From Candidatus Absconditicoccus praedator (GTDB lineage: Bacteria; Patescibacteriota; Gracilibacteria; Absconditabacterales; Absconditicoccaceae): DNA of 32,000 bases. Under the pieces are notes generated by a model that saw only the letters and a list, made by a program, of their open reading frames with translations, made no database searches and was not told the origin of the DNA. Where the stretch lies: NCBI RefSeq assembly GCF_021057185.1, contig NZ_CP054059.1, positions 630,001-662,000 of the forward strand, given 5' to 3'. The position numbers were made by a program, and so were the translations under genes. Shown piece after piece: positions 13,073 through 23,010 of the stretch; positions within the stretch are counted from its first letter, which is position 1; each line of letters begins with the position of its first letter.

Positions 13073-13516
13073 ATGAGAGTTTTTGTGCCAAGGCATATTG
13101 AATGATGAATGTTTAATATGAACTTGTCTTTGGGGCCTTTGAATATTAGTATGATTCAACTTTTTATACTTGCAATATGAGTGGCTATATCATTATCTTT
13201 GTGGAACTGACTTACCAATGCGTGACTTGATAATACAGTTGCAGCAATTTTAGTAGCACCAATAGTAATTATATTCATTTTCGTTGCATTTTTTAAGATG
13301 TCTGAATTGACTTTGTTGCCATTTATAGCTAAACTATTAAGAACATACTTTTTTGATGCTACCAAAAAATACTATGTAAACTGTAAAAAAGTGGATCCAA
13401 TAGAGGTTATGAAAAAAAAGATAAAACAGTGAAAACCAGAACAGAAAATTCAAGAAAAAAAACCTATGCAAATAGATCAAGAAAAAATGAGAAAGCTTGA
13501 CTCTCTATTAGAATAG
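13073..13516 (+). CDS. PrgI-like (type IV secretion VirB3-like) membrane protein candidate, 147 aa
   Basis: MRVFVPRHIEGG..LSLGPLNISMIQL, followed by two TM helices and a Lys-rich tail. Resembles the PrgI family N-terminal signature (VP-x-x-I...GPL...Q). Confidence 0.45.
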
Positions 13517-13664
13517 TTTTTATTTTTAAAAAATATTGACAATGTATGTCAACTCCATTATTGTGTATTATATACAATTTTAAGATTTAGAGATGTTTTT
13601 TGTATTCGAAGTTTGTGGTTTGTGATGAGAATAGTTGATATTTATTTTTACTATAAATTGAATT

Positions 13665-14102
13665 ATGAAGTTTTTTTGAAAAAATAGGTTGAGTTTGAGA
13701 CTTGAAAACACAAGGCTTTTTTTTTCAGGAAAAGAAAAAATTGAAATGAAATTTAAAAAAAAGGCTTTTGATGTGATAGCTACAGAATCTGATGTTCAAA
13801 AAACTAATGCAGTGTATATATTAGAAAACTGATTTGATATGTGAATGATAAAATATTTAATTGTATGAAACACAATAAATGTTTATTATCTTGAAATTTA
13901 TGATGAAGAAAAAGTAAATTATTATCTAGGAAAGCTGGTAGCAGTTGTAGAAAATATTGCTAAAAAAGAAAAATTGCAGTATATCTATTTTATAAATATA
14001 AAATGAACTGAAAACTCTCAAATATTTGGTGATTATTATGTAGGTTTGATAGATGATGCTGATTGATATCCTATGCTTGTAAAAATTAGAAAAATGTTTT
14101 AA
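13665..14102 (+). CDS. Hypothetical protein, 145 aa
   Basis: Table-25 ORF from ATG 13665 to TAA 14100-14102. A TTGACA box lies about 130 nt upstream. No family recognised. Confidence 0.55.
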
Positions 14103-14195
14103 ACAATGTCAATCTTGATTATATAAAATCTATTGAAATATATATTGATATAAATAGTATGGAAATTGTTATTTTAACTTTTAAATAAATATAGT

Positions 14196-14717
14196 ATGTC
14201 AGAAGAAAATAAAAACAATCAAACTAATAATTCTATGCTAACTGGAATTATTATGACTATTGTTGTATGTAGTGTTATTATAATAGCAGCTGTTTATTTT
14301 ATATTTGATATGAAGGCTCAGGAAATTAAACAAGAGGTTGCTCATCATAATATGTTGCAGCTTGGAGGTGAGGAAAATTATGAGGTGGCAAAATCATTAT
14401 TTACTTCTGAATGATTTCAGCAAATGATAGCTGAACAACTTGAAATGGAAAGACAACAAATAGAGTGATGAATGTGACAAGAACAAATGATGCCTCAGTG
14501 AGAAGAAGAAATGATGCCAGAGTGAGAAGAAATGGAGCAGCTAGAAGAAATGTTACAAGATGAAGAACAAATGCAAATCGAATTGGATGAAGAAGATTTG
14601 ATGGAAGAAGGTCCTGAGGATGAAGAACAGATAGAAGAATGAGCTGATGATGAAGTACAAATTGAGATGAATGAAGAGGATATGATGGAAGAAGATGTAG
14701 AGGATTTAGAACAATAA
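14196..14717 (+). CDS. Single-pass membrane protein with extremely acidic Glu/Met-rich tail, 173 aa
   Basis: The track ORF 14196..14414 continues through TGA codons to TAA 14715-14717. One TM (LTGIIMTIVVCSVIIIAAVYFIF), then a repetitive E/M/Q-rich region. Followed by a terminator. Confidence 0.7.
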
Positions 14718-14742
14718 TAATATAATCTATAAATTTTGAAAG

Positions 14743-14772
14743 GGTGATATATACTATATATCGCCTTTTTTT
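14743..14772 (+). terminator. Rho-independent terminator
   Basis: Hairpin GGTGATATAT..ATATATCGCC (one G-U pair) followed by a T8 run, 25 nt after the stop at 14717. Confidence 0.7.
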
Positions 14773-14846
14773 AATAAAATATTTAATATTTTGAATTAGA
14801 TAAAAAAAATTATAAACTCTAATAAATTTAATTGATAAAAAGATCT

Positions 14847-15065
14847 ATGGTTAAATCTTTTTTTATATTATTTGTTATGTTGTTTACACCTAGATTATTG
14901 CAAGCTAATAGTGTAGAGGAAGATTATTTTATGATGTGTTCTACTAGTGATGAATTGTCTTGGTGGGAGTATATAGTTGAATCTTACTTGTTTATCCCTA
15001 TAATTGTAATAATTGTTTTCATTACTTGGATTTTTATAAAAAATAGAAAATCTAATGATGATTAA
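14847..15065 (+). CDS. Small secreted/membrane protein, 72 aa
   Basis: ATG 14847 lies within track ORF 14832..15065. Signal-like N-terminus plus a C-terminal TM (IPIIVIIVFITWIFI). Contains no TGA. Confidence 0.45.
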   Translation: MVKSFFILFVMLFTPRLLQANSVEEDYFMMCSTSDELSWWEYIVESYLFIPIIVIIVFITWIFIKNRKSNDD

Positions 15066-15252
15066 ATTGAATATTTATGCTAATATCTTTTATTTTAATA
15101 CTTGCAAGCTTTATTTTGATGAACTTATAGTTTAGGGTTATTATAATTTAAAAAATGTATTTCAATACAAGAATTTTGAAGTTTAATATATAAGTTTTTT
15201 CTAAAACTTTATAAGTCAGGGTTGATGTCTTAGTTGTTTTAATAATTATATA

Positions 15253-15681
15253 TTAACAAATATATGATGTACTGCAATTTATAAGATCATTTTCTTCTTT
15301 CATCCATTCTTGAATTCATCACTTTAAATGAAATGCTTTTTCAAATCACATATTTTCCATAATATCCAAAGTATGAGAGGTTCTATTGCCAGTATTGCAG
15401 TAAATTAGATATTTTTTATCTTTATCTAGATTTTTGAGTATCTCTAAAAACTCTTTGCTGTAGTATTCAATTTTTTTTGCTTTTGGTATATGTCAAGTGT
15501 TTTGAAGTTCATGCTTGTTTCTTATATCTATTATTTGATACTTTCAGCTTTGTTTTAGATTCACAAACTCTTCTGTAGATATACTGTTGAAATTATTTTT
15601 ATAATTAGTAGTGTTTTGTTGTATACATCAAGTTAAAAAACTAAATGATATAGTTGTAATTATTATAAAAAGTTTTTGCAT
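15253..15681 (-). CDS. Rhodanese-domain lipoprotein (sulfurtransferase-like), 142 aa
   Basis: Lipobox FSFLTGC (Gly = TGA). Rhodanese pattern IIDIRNKHELQNTGHIPKA ... YLIYCNTGNRTSHT ... GFEKAFHLKGGIQEW with the active-site Cys loop C-x-x-G-x-R. Confidence 0.85.
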
Positions 15682-15777
15682 AATTTAAATATTTTTCTAA
15701 AAGTATAAAAATCTATTGAATAAATTTATACAATTTATATATTATCCTACATCAGCAAATAATAAAAGGGAATTATT

Positions 15778-15960
15778 ATGTACATGCTTGAATATCTTGC
15801 TTTTGGGGTGGGATTTTTGTTCGTATGGCTTGGTATCAAGTTTTTGAAGCAAATTTATTGTCTTTTTTGTGAGTTTATTCTTCCAAAAAAAGAATCCGAT
15901 ACTCCAGGATACTGGATGGGGGTTTATTTTGAGAAGATGAGATATGACAAAAAAAACTAA
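15778..15960 (+). CDS. Small membrane protein, 60 aa
   Basis: Standard-code ORF preceded by AAAGGGA 8 nt upstream and followed by a hairpin with a T-run. All Gly are GGN, with no TGA. Confidence 0.4.
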   Translation: MYMLEYLAFGVGFLFVWLGIKFLKQIYCLFCEFILPKKESDTPGYWMGVYFEKMRYDKKN

Positions 15961-15978
15961 ATCCCATCTATTATATGG

Positions 15979-16009
15979 CAAAGGAAGTTGTTTACCTTTG
16001 TCTTTTTTT
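15979..16009 (+). terminator. Rho-independent terminator candidate
   Basis: CAAAGG (10-nt loop) CCTTTG followed by TCTTTTTTT. It lies between convergent genes. Confidence 0.5.
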
Positions 16010-16032
16010 GTATATTTTATACAATAGCTATT

Positions 16033-17109
16033 TTACATGTTTTCTGCTTCCCATTTTATTAACTTTAAAAACATTGTAATAACTCAATCTCTTATGGAGT
16101 CTTCAAAATCTTCATTAAGATTTCAGTTAGCATAGTATGATTTTGTAGGTGTGTTGTTGGATGTTAATCAGTTGTATAAAACTGCTTGCAACCTGAGACT
16201 TCTTAGGTCATAGTTATCGTATTCAACTGTAAGCTCTCTTTCTCAATAATGCTCTCTTAGCATTGGGTTTGTTTGGTAATATCTTTGTTTGCTTTTAGAA
16301 AAATCAATGAAATCATTTATTTTTTCTTCTAATTCATTTTTAGTTATTTCTCCAGGCGTATAGTCAATTGATAATATTTGAAATGGTCAGTCTCAATTTT
16401 CAGGATTTTCCATACGACAATTTGACTCTCTAAACCATGTTGCAACTATAAATGCTGTTGGGAAGTTTCTCTCTTTTGCTATCTGATCGACAAATTCATA
16501 ATGTTCAAGACATTTTTGTGGTATGTTATCTACTCAAGAAGTTATTTCTTGTCAGTATTTTTTGAAAAAGTCTATTTTGTCTTCTATTCATTCTTGTCTA
16601 CTTGATATTTTATCATTTATTCATTCTTTGATATTATCAAATGCATAACTAAAAAATTTGTTATTGTTGCGAAACCTTATGCTAGCTAATCTAAATCTTT
16701 CTGAAATGTCTTTGAGTCTTGTTGTGCTTTTTGTTTCAAGTTGATTTAATACATATCTTTTTGCATTTTCTATTTCTAAAAGTTCTTCTTGACTTGGAGA
16801 GTATTCTTCTTGTGTTGAAGAGTCATCTTCTTTTTTAGTTTTTCTTTCTTTGATTTTTTTATCAAGTGCTTTTTTGATTTGTTTTAATGCGTATTTTTTG
16901 TCTTCACTTAAATTTGAGCTTTGTTTGGTTGTACTAATTTTTTGAGAGATATTTTCTATTTGTTTTGTGGTTTTGTCTCATGCCTTATTAATAAATGAGT
17001 TAACTGTTTGATTGACTTCTTCTTGTCGTTGTTGTGTAGGATTATAATTAGCATGCCCTACAATTAAAACTCAAGATATTATAATAATTATTATGGATAT
17101 TATTTTCAT
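16033..17109 (-). CDS. Secreted lysozyme-like / lytic-transglycosylase-like protein, 358 aa
   Basis: Signal/TM N-terminus MKIISIIIIIISGVLIV, a Lys/Glu-rich linker, and a C-terminal domain with ATWFRESNCRMENPENGDGPFQIL, resembling the SLT catalytic E-S ... G-x-x-Q motif. Confidence 0.5.
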
Positions 17110-17249
17110 TTTAATCTAGAAAAAATAAATTGAAACATGATAATAAAGAAAAAAAAATAAAAATCAATTTTATGTATTTAAATAGTACAAAATAACTTTT
17201 AAGTATTTTATAAATTTAGAAATGTCAATCATTAATTTTCAACAATGTT

Positions 17250-17277
17250 TTGACATTTCTTGTGTTTTGATTATATA
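17250..17277 (+). promoter_or_regulatory. Sigma70-like promoter upstream of rsmH
   Basis: TTGACA (17250-17255), 16-nt spacer, TATATA (17272-17277). The leader contains the inverted repeat TCTACT-N5-AGTAGA at 17294-17310. Confidence 0.45.
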
Positions 17278-17338
17278 GTAATTGTCTACTTTTTCTACTT
17301 ATATAGTAGAAAATATGTTGAAAACTAAATAAAATATT

Positions 17339-18202
17339 ATGGAAAGACATAAACCTGTGCTTGTTGAAGAAGTTTTTTCTTTTGTCCCTGAAAAAGCTAA
17401 AATATTGGTAGATGGGACTTTGTGACATTGATGACACACTCAGTATATTCTTGAAAATATTGAACATAATAGTATAGAAAAAATTTATGGGATTGATGTG
17501 GATAGTAAAGTTTTGTGAAGAGCAAGAGAAAACTTATTTGGATACGAAAAAAAACTTGTCTTTACAAATGATTCATATTCAAATATAGATAAAATCTTAA
17601 ATCCTAATAGTGTTGACTTCATATTGCTTGATTTGGGAGTAAATATGGAGCACTTTAAAGATTTTGATAGAGGGTTTTCAATAAAGGAGAATTCATATTT
17701 GGATATGACATTTGATGGAAGTAAAAATACGGCAGCTAATTTTATAAATACTGCTTCAACAGATACTATTGCAAGTATGCTTCATGACTTTGGGGATTTT
17801 AGCTATAAATTTTCCCAGGCTATTGCAGATACAATAATACAAAAAAGAAAAATTAAGCCAATAAATACAACTTTTGAACTTATAGATATTTTGAAAGAGT
17901 TTAGATTTTGACAAAAAAAGATTGCTGTGGTCTTTCAATGTATAAGAATAAAAGTAAACTTAGAATTAGAAAAATTGAAAACCTTTTTGGATAAACTTCC
18001 ATATATATTATCAAAATGATGAGTTTGTGCGATAATAACATATCATAGTATAGAAGATAGAATTGTAAAATTTGCATTCAAGGATTATTCAAAAAATTGA
18101 TTTCAATTAATAAACAAAAAAGTAATAAAACCATCTTGGGAAGAAATAAGTAATAATAAGGCTGCTAGAAGTGCAAAGCTAAGATGAATAAAACTTTTAT
18201 AA
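17339..18202 (+). CDS. rsmH: 16S rRNA (cytosine1402-N4)-methyltransferase RsmH, 287 aa
   Basis: HKPVLVEEV; DGTLGHGGHT encoded GAT GGG ACT TTG TGA CAT TGA TGA CAC (17411-17437); LLDLGVN; ITYHSIEDRIVKF; NNKAARSAKLR. Confidence 0.95.
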
Positions 18203-18218
18203 ACTATAATAAAAAAAT

Positions 18219-18608
18219 ATGAAAAAAGTTGTTTTCCTAAATAATTTATCTAAGCAGTACAATAACATAAGACAAAAAGTAAAGAAAAATTATAGAATGA
18301 TAGATTGAATTAAGCTTTTTATTACTGTATGAATATTTGTGTTAACTGTGTGAGCTTACTGATACTTTGTAAACGTTAGTTCCACTAAATGATACTTTCT
18401 AAGAGAAGAAGAGAGAAAACTTAACGATGCAGAGTTTTCTCATAGTATAGCTCGTCTTGATGTATTGGAAAAAGAAAGACAAATACGGAGAGATATTCAG
18501 GAGGATTCAATATTTAATCAAGATAATATATGAAGACAGCCTCAAGGGCTTTCTGTACATGATAGGGTTATACATATACAACCAGAGGTTCAGCTTACTC
18601 ATAATTAA
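18219..18608 (+). CDS. FtsL/DivIC-like cell-division protein candidate, 129 aa
   Basis: Lies immediately after rsmH, as in dcw (cell division/cell wall) clusters. Basic N-terminus, one TM (IKLFITVGIFVLTVGAYGYF), then a coiled-coil-like segment. Confidence 0.45.
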
Positions 18609-18650
18609 GAAAAAATATTGAAAAAATTCAAAAAATAATTATACATAAAG

Positions 18651-18679
18651 CTACTCATCACTTGAGTAGTTTTTTTTTA
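18651..18679 (+). terminator. Rho-independent terminator
   Basis: CTACTCA-tcact-TGAGTAG followed by about 10 T. Confidence 0.75.
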
Positions 18680-18689
18680 TATTATAAAT

Positions 18690-18851
18690 ATGGGTGGAAT
18701 AATGAGTACTGTAGTAACTATAATTAGTCTTATTTCTATGATAGCTGTTTTGTTGGTGGTTGTTGCTTCTCTTTTGGTTGTGTTTTCTCCTGATACTCAT
18801 AAAATTACAAAAGATTTGAGATCAAAAGCTGAGGAATATGCAAAAAAATAG
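18690..18851 (+). CDS. Small single-TM peptide, 53 aa
   Basis: MGGIMSTVVTIISLISMIAVLLVVVASLLVVF... Its stop TAG 18849-18851 abuts the IS1595 left end. Confidence 0.35.
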   Translation: MGGIMSTVVTIISLISMIAVLLVVVASLLVVFSPDTHKITKDLRSKAEEYAKK

Positions 18852-19611
18852 GGTCTTGGGTACTTTAGCCTAAAGAAGAAGTAAAATTTTTACATAATTT
18901 CATTAGTTGTTTATATTTATTTTGTTTCAATAATCAACAATTAAATCTCCATTCACATTCTTTTAGGTATATATCATAATATTCCTTTTTGATTCAGTTA
19001 AATTTAGCCAATCTTCTTTTACAATAGCTTCGAAAACTTTCTATTCAATTTATATGTTGTTTTCATCTAGCAAACTCATTATTACTATGTTTAACTCTAT
19101 AGTGTTTCTTGTATCATAAGTCTACTAATCAATCATAGCTTTTCCAGTAGTCTGTGTTTATCTTGCTGTTCTCTAAACTTACTTTATCTCTTATAATTGG
19201 TATTAAAGTTTCTGCTGAACAATCAGGAACTATACGCACATAAACTTCTCACTCTCTCTTCAATAGTCATAAAATCTTAATTTTTCAACTAGCTCAACGT
19301 CATCTTTTTCACCTAACTCTTCTAGCTCCAAAGTAGCTCTCATCTATCTCTACTACTCATCATCGTATCTCTAAATCTGTTTCTTTACTATGGTTGTATA
19401 TTACTTCTCTAAAGTATTTATACCACCTATTTACTGTTTTTCTTTCAATATTTAATAAATTACTTGTTGTTGAAGCAGTCAAATCTTCACAAAATAGCTT
19501 CATAATTTGTCTTGTTTTTTGTACACTCAAATGGCTATTTTTTCTATAAGGGTTTTTCATAGTTATGACCTAGTATAATTAATTTCTTTTTGCTTTCAAG
19601 TACTCTAGACC
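18852..19611 (-). mobile_element. IS1595-family insertion sequence (about 760 bp)
   Basis: Imperfect terminal inverted repeats: GGTCTTGGGTACTTTA (18852-18867) against the reverse complement of 19596-19611 (GGTCTAGAGTACTTGA), 13/16 matches. They enclose a single transposase gene. No clean target duplication found. Confidence 0.65.
18865..19560 (-). CDS. IS1595-family (ISXO2-like) DDE transposase, 231 aa
   Basis: The track ORF 19360..19560 continues through TGA=Gly. Motifs: LTASTTSNLLNIERKTVNRWYKYFREVI, GGVVEIDEAYFGARRVRGKRGRGASGK, LIPIIRDKV, INTDYWKSYDGL, HINGIESFRSYCKRRLAKFNGI, YLKECEWRFN. Confidence 0.9.
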
Positions 19612-19623
19612 TCAAAATATAAC

Positions 19624-19758
19624 ATGGATGTTAAAGTATTTGTGGCTATTGTAGGTGTGGTTTCAGTTATTTTAATACAATTGGTGCAAGTAATATTGTC
19701 AAATGTGTTATTAGCTTTTTTCTGACCTGAGGTTCCTACAGAAATGCCAGAGCAATAA
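19624..19758 (+). CDS. Small single-TM peptide, 44 aa
   Basis: MDVKVFVAIVGVVSVILIQLVQVILSNVLLAFFGPEVPTEMPEQ. Starts 12 nt after the IS right end and is followed by a strong terminator. Confidence 0.35.
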
Positions 19759-19778
19759 TAAACTAAAACATACTAAAA

Positions 19779-19805
19779 ATAGGAGATTTCTCTCCTATTT
19801 TTTTA
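19779..19805. terminator. Bidirectional rho-independent terminator
   Basis: Perfect 8-bp stem ATAGGAGA-tttc-TCTCCTAT with T-runs on both strands. The dus stop codon (19795-19797) lies inside the 3' arm. Confidence 0.7.
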
Positions 19806-20817
19806 TAAATTTTGAAATTTCATTTCTAAGTTGATGATGTGTTTTTATATTTACTATTTTTTGTTTGAAATCCTTGCTATTTGGTAGTCATTTTAAATAA
19901 GCAAATAAATGCTTCCTAAATTCTATAGGTGATTTAAGCTTGTTGTTATCTTTTTTTAATAGATTTTGTTTTTCTTTTTGAATTCCTTGCTCTTTGATTG
20001 TTGGTAAGTATTTATTTCATTTGTATTTTTCAAAAATACTTTCTAATGAACACATCTCATCAAGATGTTCTAATATTGTTTCTAGTATCTCATTGTAGTT
20101 GGGGGTGGTGTTTGTAAATATCCATGGATTTCATATGCTAGCTTGTCATATCATTATCCCATCCAAATTACCTATTTTTTCTTTTGCTTTTGCATAACTG
20201 TCTATTCATCAGTTTCCAAAAATTTTGCATCAAAAGTTAGAGTTTTGTCTGATTTCATATATAGTTTCTCGATCTACATCCCCAGAATGAGCTTGTTTAA
20301 AAGTTCTTCAATGAACTGTTATTAGGTTGCAAAAATTAGAAGCCTCAATAATAAATTTTTTTTGTGAATTTATGTCATATTTGTCTACTCATATTCTTGT
20401 TTTGATACTAAAGGGAGAGTTTATCTTTCTTGATATTTTTTGTATAAGTTTTAGGGTTTTTTCTTTTTCATAAAGCATTCATGCTCAACCTCCAGATGAC
20501 ACTACCTTGGGAGAAGGACATCAAATATTTAGTTCCAATCAGGAAAAATTATAGTTTTTGTCTATATCTTCAAATGTTTCCAAGAGTTCATACTCATCTC
20601 ATCAGTATATTTGTGCTGTAAGATTTTTTTCTTGGGTTGTGTTAAGTATGTGTTTGTAAACTCATTCAGGATTGCGAATATATCCACTTGCATTCATAAA
20701 TTCTGTGAACAGGAAAAACTCATCGGTTTTTTGTGTTTGTTGCTCAAAAACTTTCTGACAAATTCTTCTATAAGCACTATCTGTAATTCAATCCATAGGA
20801 GCAAGTGCAAGATTCAT
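19795..20817 (-). CDS. dus: tRNA-dihydrouridine synthase (Dus family), 340 aa
   Basis: MNLALAPMDGITDSAYRRIC; LELNIGCPSPKVVSSGGGAGML; SIKTRIG; ITVHGRTFKQ; FGNGGI; GIMIGQASIGNPWIF. Confidence 0.9.
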
Positions 20818-21009
20818 AACTTTAAATAAAAAATAAATTAATTTTTAGTTTGTGTTTCAAATTATAGTAATTGTAATATATAATACTTATTGGTTATAAA
20901 CTTAATGTATCTGATTTTCAAGTCTATATTACAAAAAACTATTGATTAAATATATGCAATTTGTATACTTGATTAAATTTAAGCTTTTAAAACATAAAAT
21001 ATATAAAAA

Positions 21010-22371
21010 ATGAAAAAATCAAGTAGTATTTTGATTATTTTGTTTTGATTATTTAGTTTTTCTTTTGGTCATGAGTATATAAACACTCAAATAGACTGAA
21101 AAAATGTTCAGTTATTGCAAGTAGACTTGTCTTCTGAATATAAAGTAGTAACTTCTCTCTCTCAAGATTGAGATAGCCTTGAAACTTTAGTTGATAATGT
21201 TTGAGGGGTTTCTGGAGTGAATTGAGTTTATTTTTGTCCTGATGATTACTCTGAGTGTGATGGAAATTATACTCATACTTATAGGGTTTATGAATGACAA
21301 CATGAATCTAAATATTGAGAAGACTTGTGAGCAAGATGACTTTTTGGATTTGATGATAATTGATTACCGCTTATGATATTGAATAATTATGGTTATGTTG
21401 ATTGAATTGACAGAAATTTCAATGAAAACAAATTTGAAAAGCTTCAATATTGACTTGCAAACTATCCTGTGCTTATGCTGAATTGAGAAAATGTTGTAAA
21501 TGAAAGCAAAGATATTATGGACGACAAGATGACTACACCCTGAACAAAATCTTTTATTTGTTCTACAAACAATCAGGAGGAGGTAATTATGTGAACTGTA
21601 TCGGATGTGAATATTGAGTGATTGGCAGATTTTGTTGATGAGTCTTTGGGATGTTATGATGCTATAAATTTGGATGCATGATGAAGTCTTGGAATGATGT
21701 ACGAAAATGACAAAAAAATGTCTCCTTGAAGAGAAATAATGGATGCTTTTGTGGTGGTGAAGAAAGAAGATTATGATCCTGCTCAAATACAAGATTCTTC
21801 GCAAAATCAGCAACAGGATATGTGAAATTATACTATTAGATGAGATGATTTGTACTACAATCAGCAGAAAGTATATGATGTTGATTTGGATAGTTTTGAA
21901 TATTTGTGAGAAGGATATTGAAAAGATGATAGTTATGTTTACTATGAAGGTGAAGCTCTCACTATTCAGTGGTGAGAAGACCCTCAAAATGTTCAACCAT
22001 GATATTCTGTAGAATGGGCAGATGCTAGTACATTTGAAAAAATTTGAGACTGATATTTCAAGGATAAAAATTATATTTATAAAAACTGAGAAGCTTTGAA
22101 ATGAGAAGAACTAGAAGATTATAAAGATATTCAAGAATCACAGGAAACTTCTACAAGTTTGACTCAACAGCAAATACAAACAGCAAGATGATTTATGAGA
22201 AAGCTTGATAGTATAATAGATGGGAAAGCTGCTACTAATCCTGAAAAAAGAAAACTTTACAGACAGGTATCTTCAAAAATACACAATGCAACTCAAGATT
22301 ATGATAAATCAGATAGAGTAATGTTTGATTATATAAGGTATCTTTGTTATCAAAGGTATAATAGATTGTAG
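21010..22371 (+). CDS. Phosphodiester glycosidase (DUF2233/NAGPA-like) family protein with C-terminal DKNYY-like repeats, 453 aa
   Basis: Signal peptide; GVNGVYFCP; GLPLMILNNYGYVDG; FICSTNNQEEVIMGTV..LADFV..LGCYDAINLDAGGSLGM. The C-terminus has GYFKDKNYIYKNG and DDSYVYYEG. The 210-aa track ORF 21364..21996 (-) is its antisense. Confidence 0.75.
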
Positions 22372-22439
22372 CCAAAAACTATTGCAATTTTGATTTCTTT
22401 TTGTACACTTTTAATCAAGTATAATATTAAATATAAAAA

Positions 22440-22784
22440 ATGACAAATAATTCTTGATATGATGTTTTGTTGGATAAAACAAAAGAAAATCTTTGTTGGA
22501 AGGTTCAATCAATTTTTATCTTGTCTGACTGAGAGAAACAACAAATAAGTGATGCAATACAATCAACAAATGATATAGATCAACTTCACTATTATGAATA
22601 TAGAATCAATACAATCTTACAAAAATCTTGAGCTGTAGCAGTCAAACTTATAGAAAATGCTTGAGAAGAAGACTTAGAAGAATTAAAGTCAATCATGGAA
22701 AAAGATATAATAAATAAACTAAACAAAGAACAAGAACAACTATCTAAACAAATGTGAGATATACAAAACCATATAAATATTTAG
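22440..22784 (+). CDS. Hypothetical protein, 114 aa
   Basis: Table-25 ORF preceded by TTGCAA...TATAAT-like boxes. No family recognised. Confidence 0.5.
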
Positions 22785-22800
22785 ATTTTAAGTAATTGTA

Positions 22801-23010
22801 ATGACAGAAAAATTTGAGTATCCAGATAGCTCACCTGAAAACCCAGAAAGTTGTGATATAGCCCAAGAAATAGAGCAGCTTGTGACAAGTTGAGAAATAT
22901 CAGAAGATATGTGAAGATACTTATCAAGTTTAGCAGAAAAAAACCCTAATGCTTGTACAGCATTAAGGAATGATATAAAAGGATTGAAGTCTGATATGTG
23001 AATAGGCTAA
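22801..23010 (+). CDS. Hypothetical small acidic protein, 69 aa
   Basis: Table-25 ORF starting 16 nt after the previous stop. No family recognised. Confidence 0.45.

Noticed and set aside
13665-14102. GNAT acetyltransferase assignment for the 145-aa protein
   Set aside because: There is only a vague resemblance in length and beta-alpha pattern. The acetyl-CoA-binding motif R/Q-x-x-G-x-G/A is not present.
18844-19619. A-rich flanks (aaaaatag / tcaaaata) as an 8-bp target-site duplication of the IS1595 element
   Set aside because: The two flanks share only a loose AAAATA core and are not a direct repeat at any boundary offset I tried. Target duplication left unresolved.
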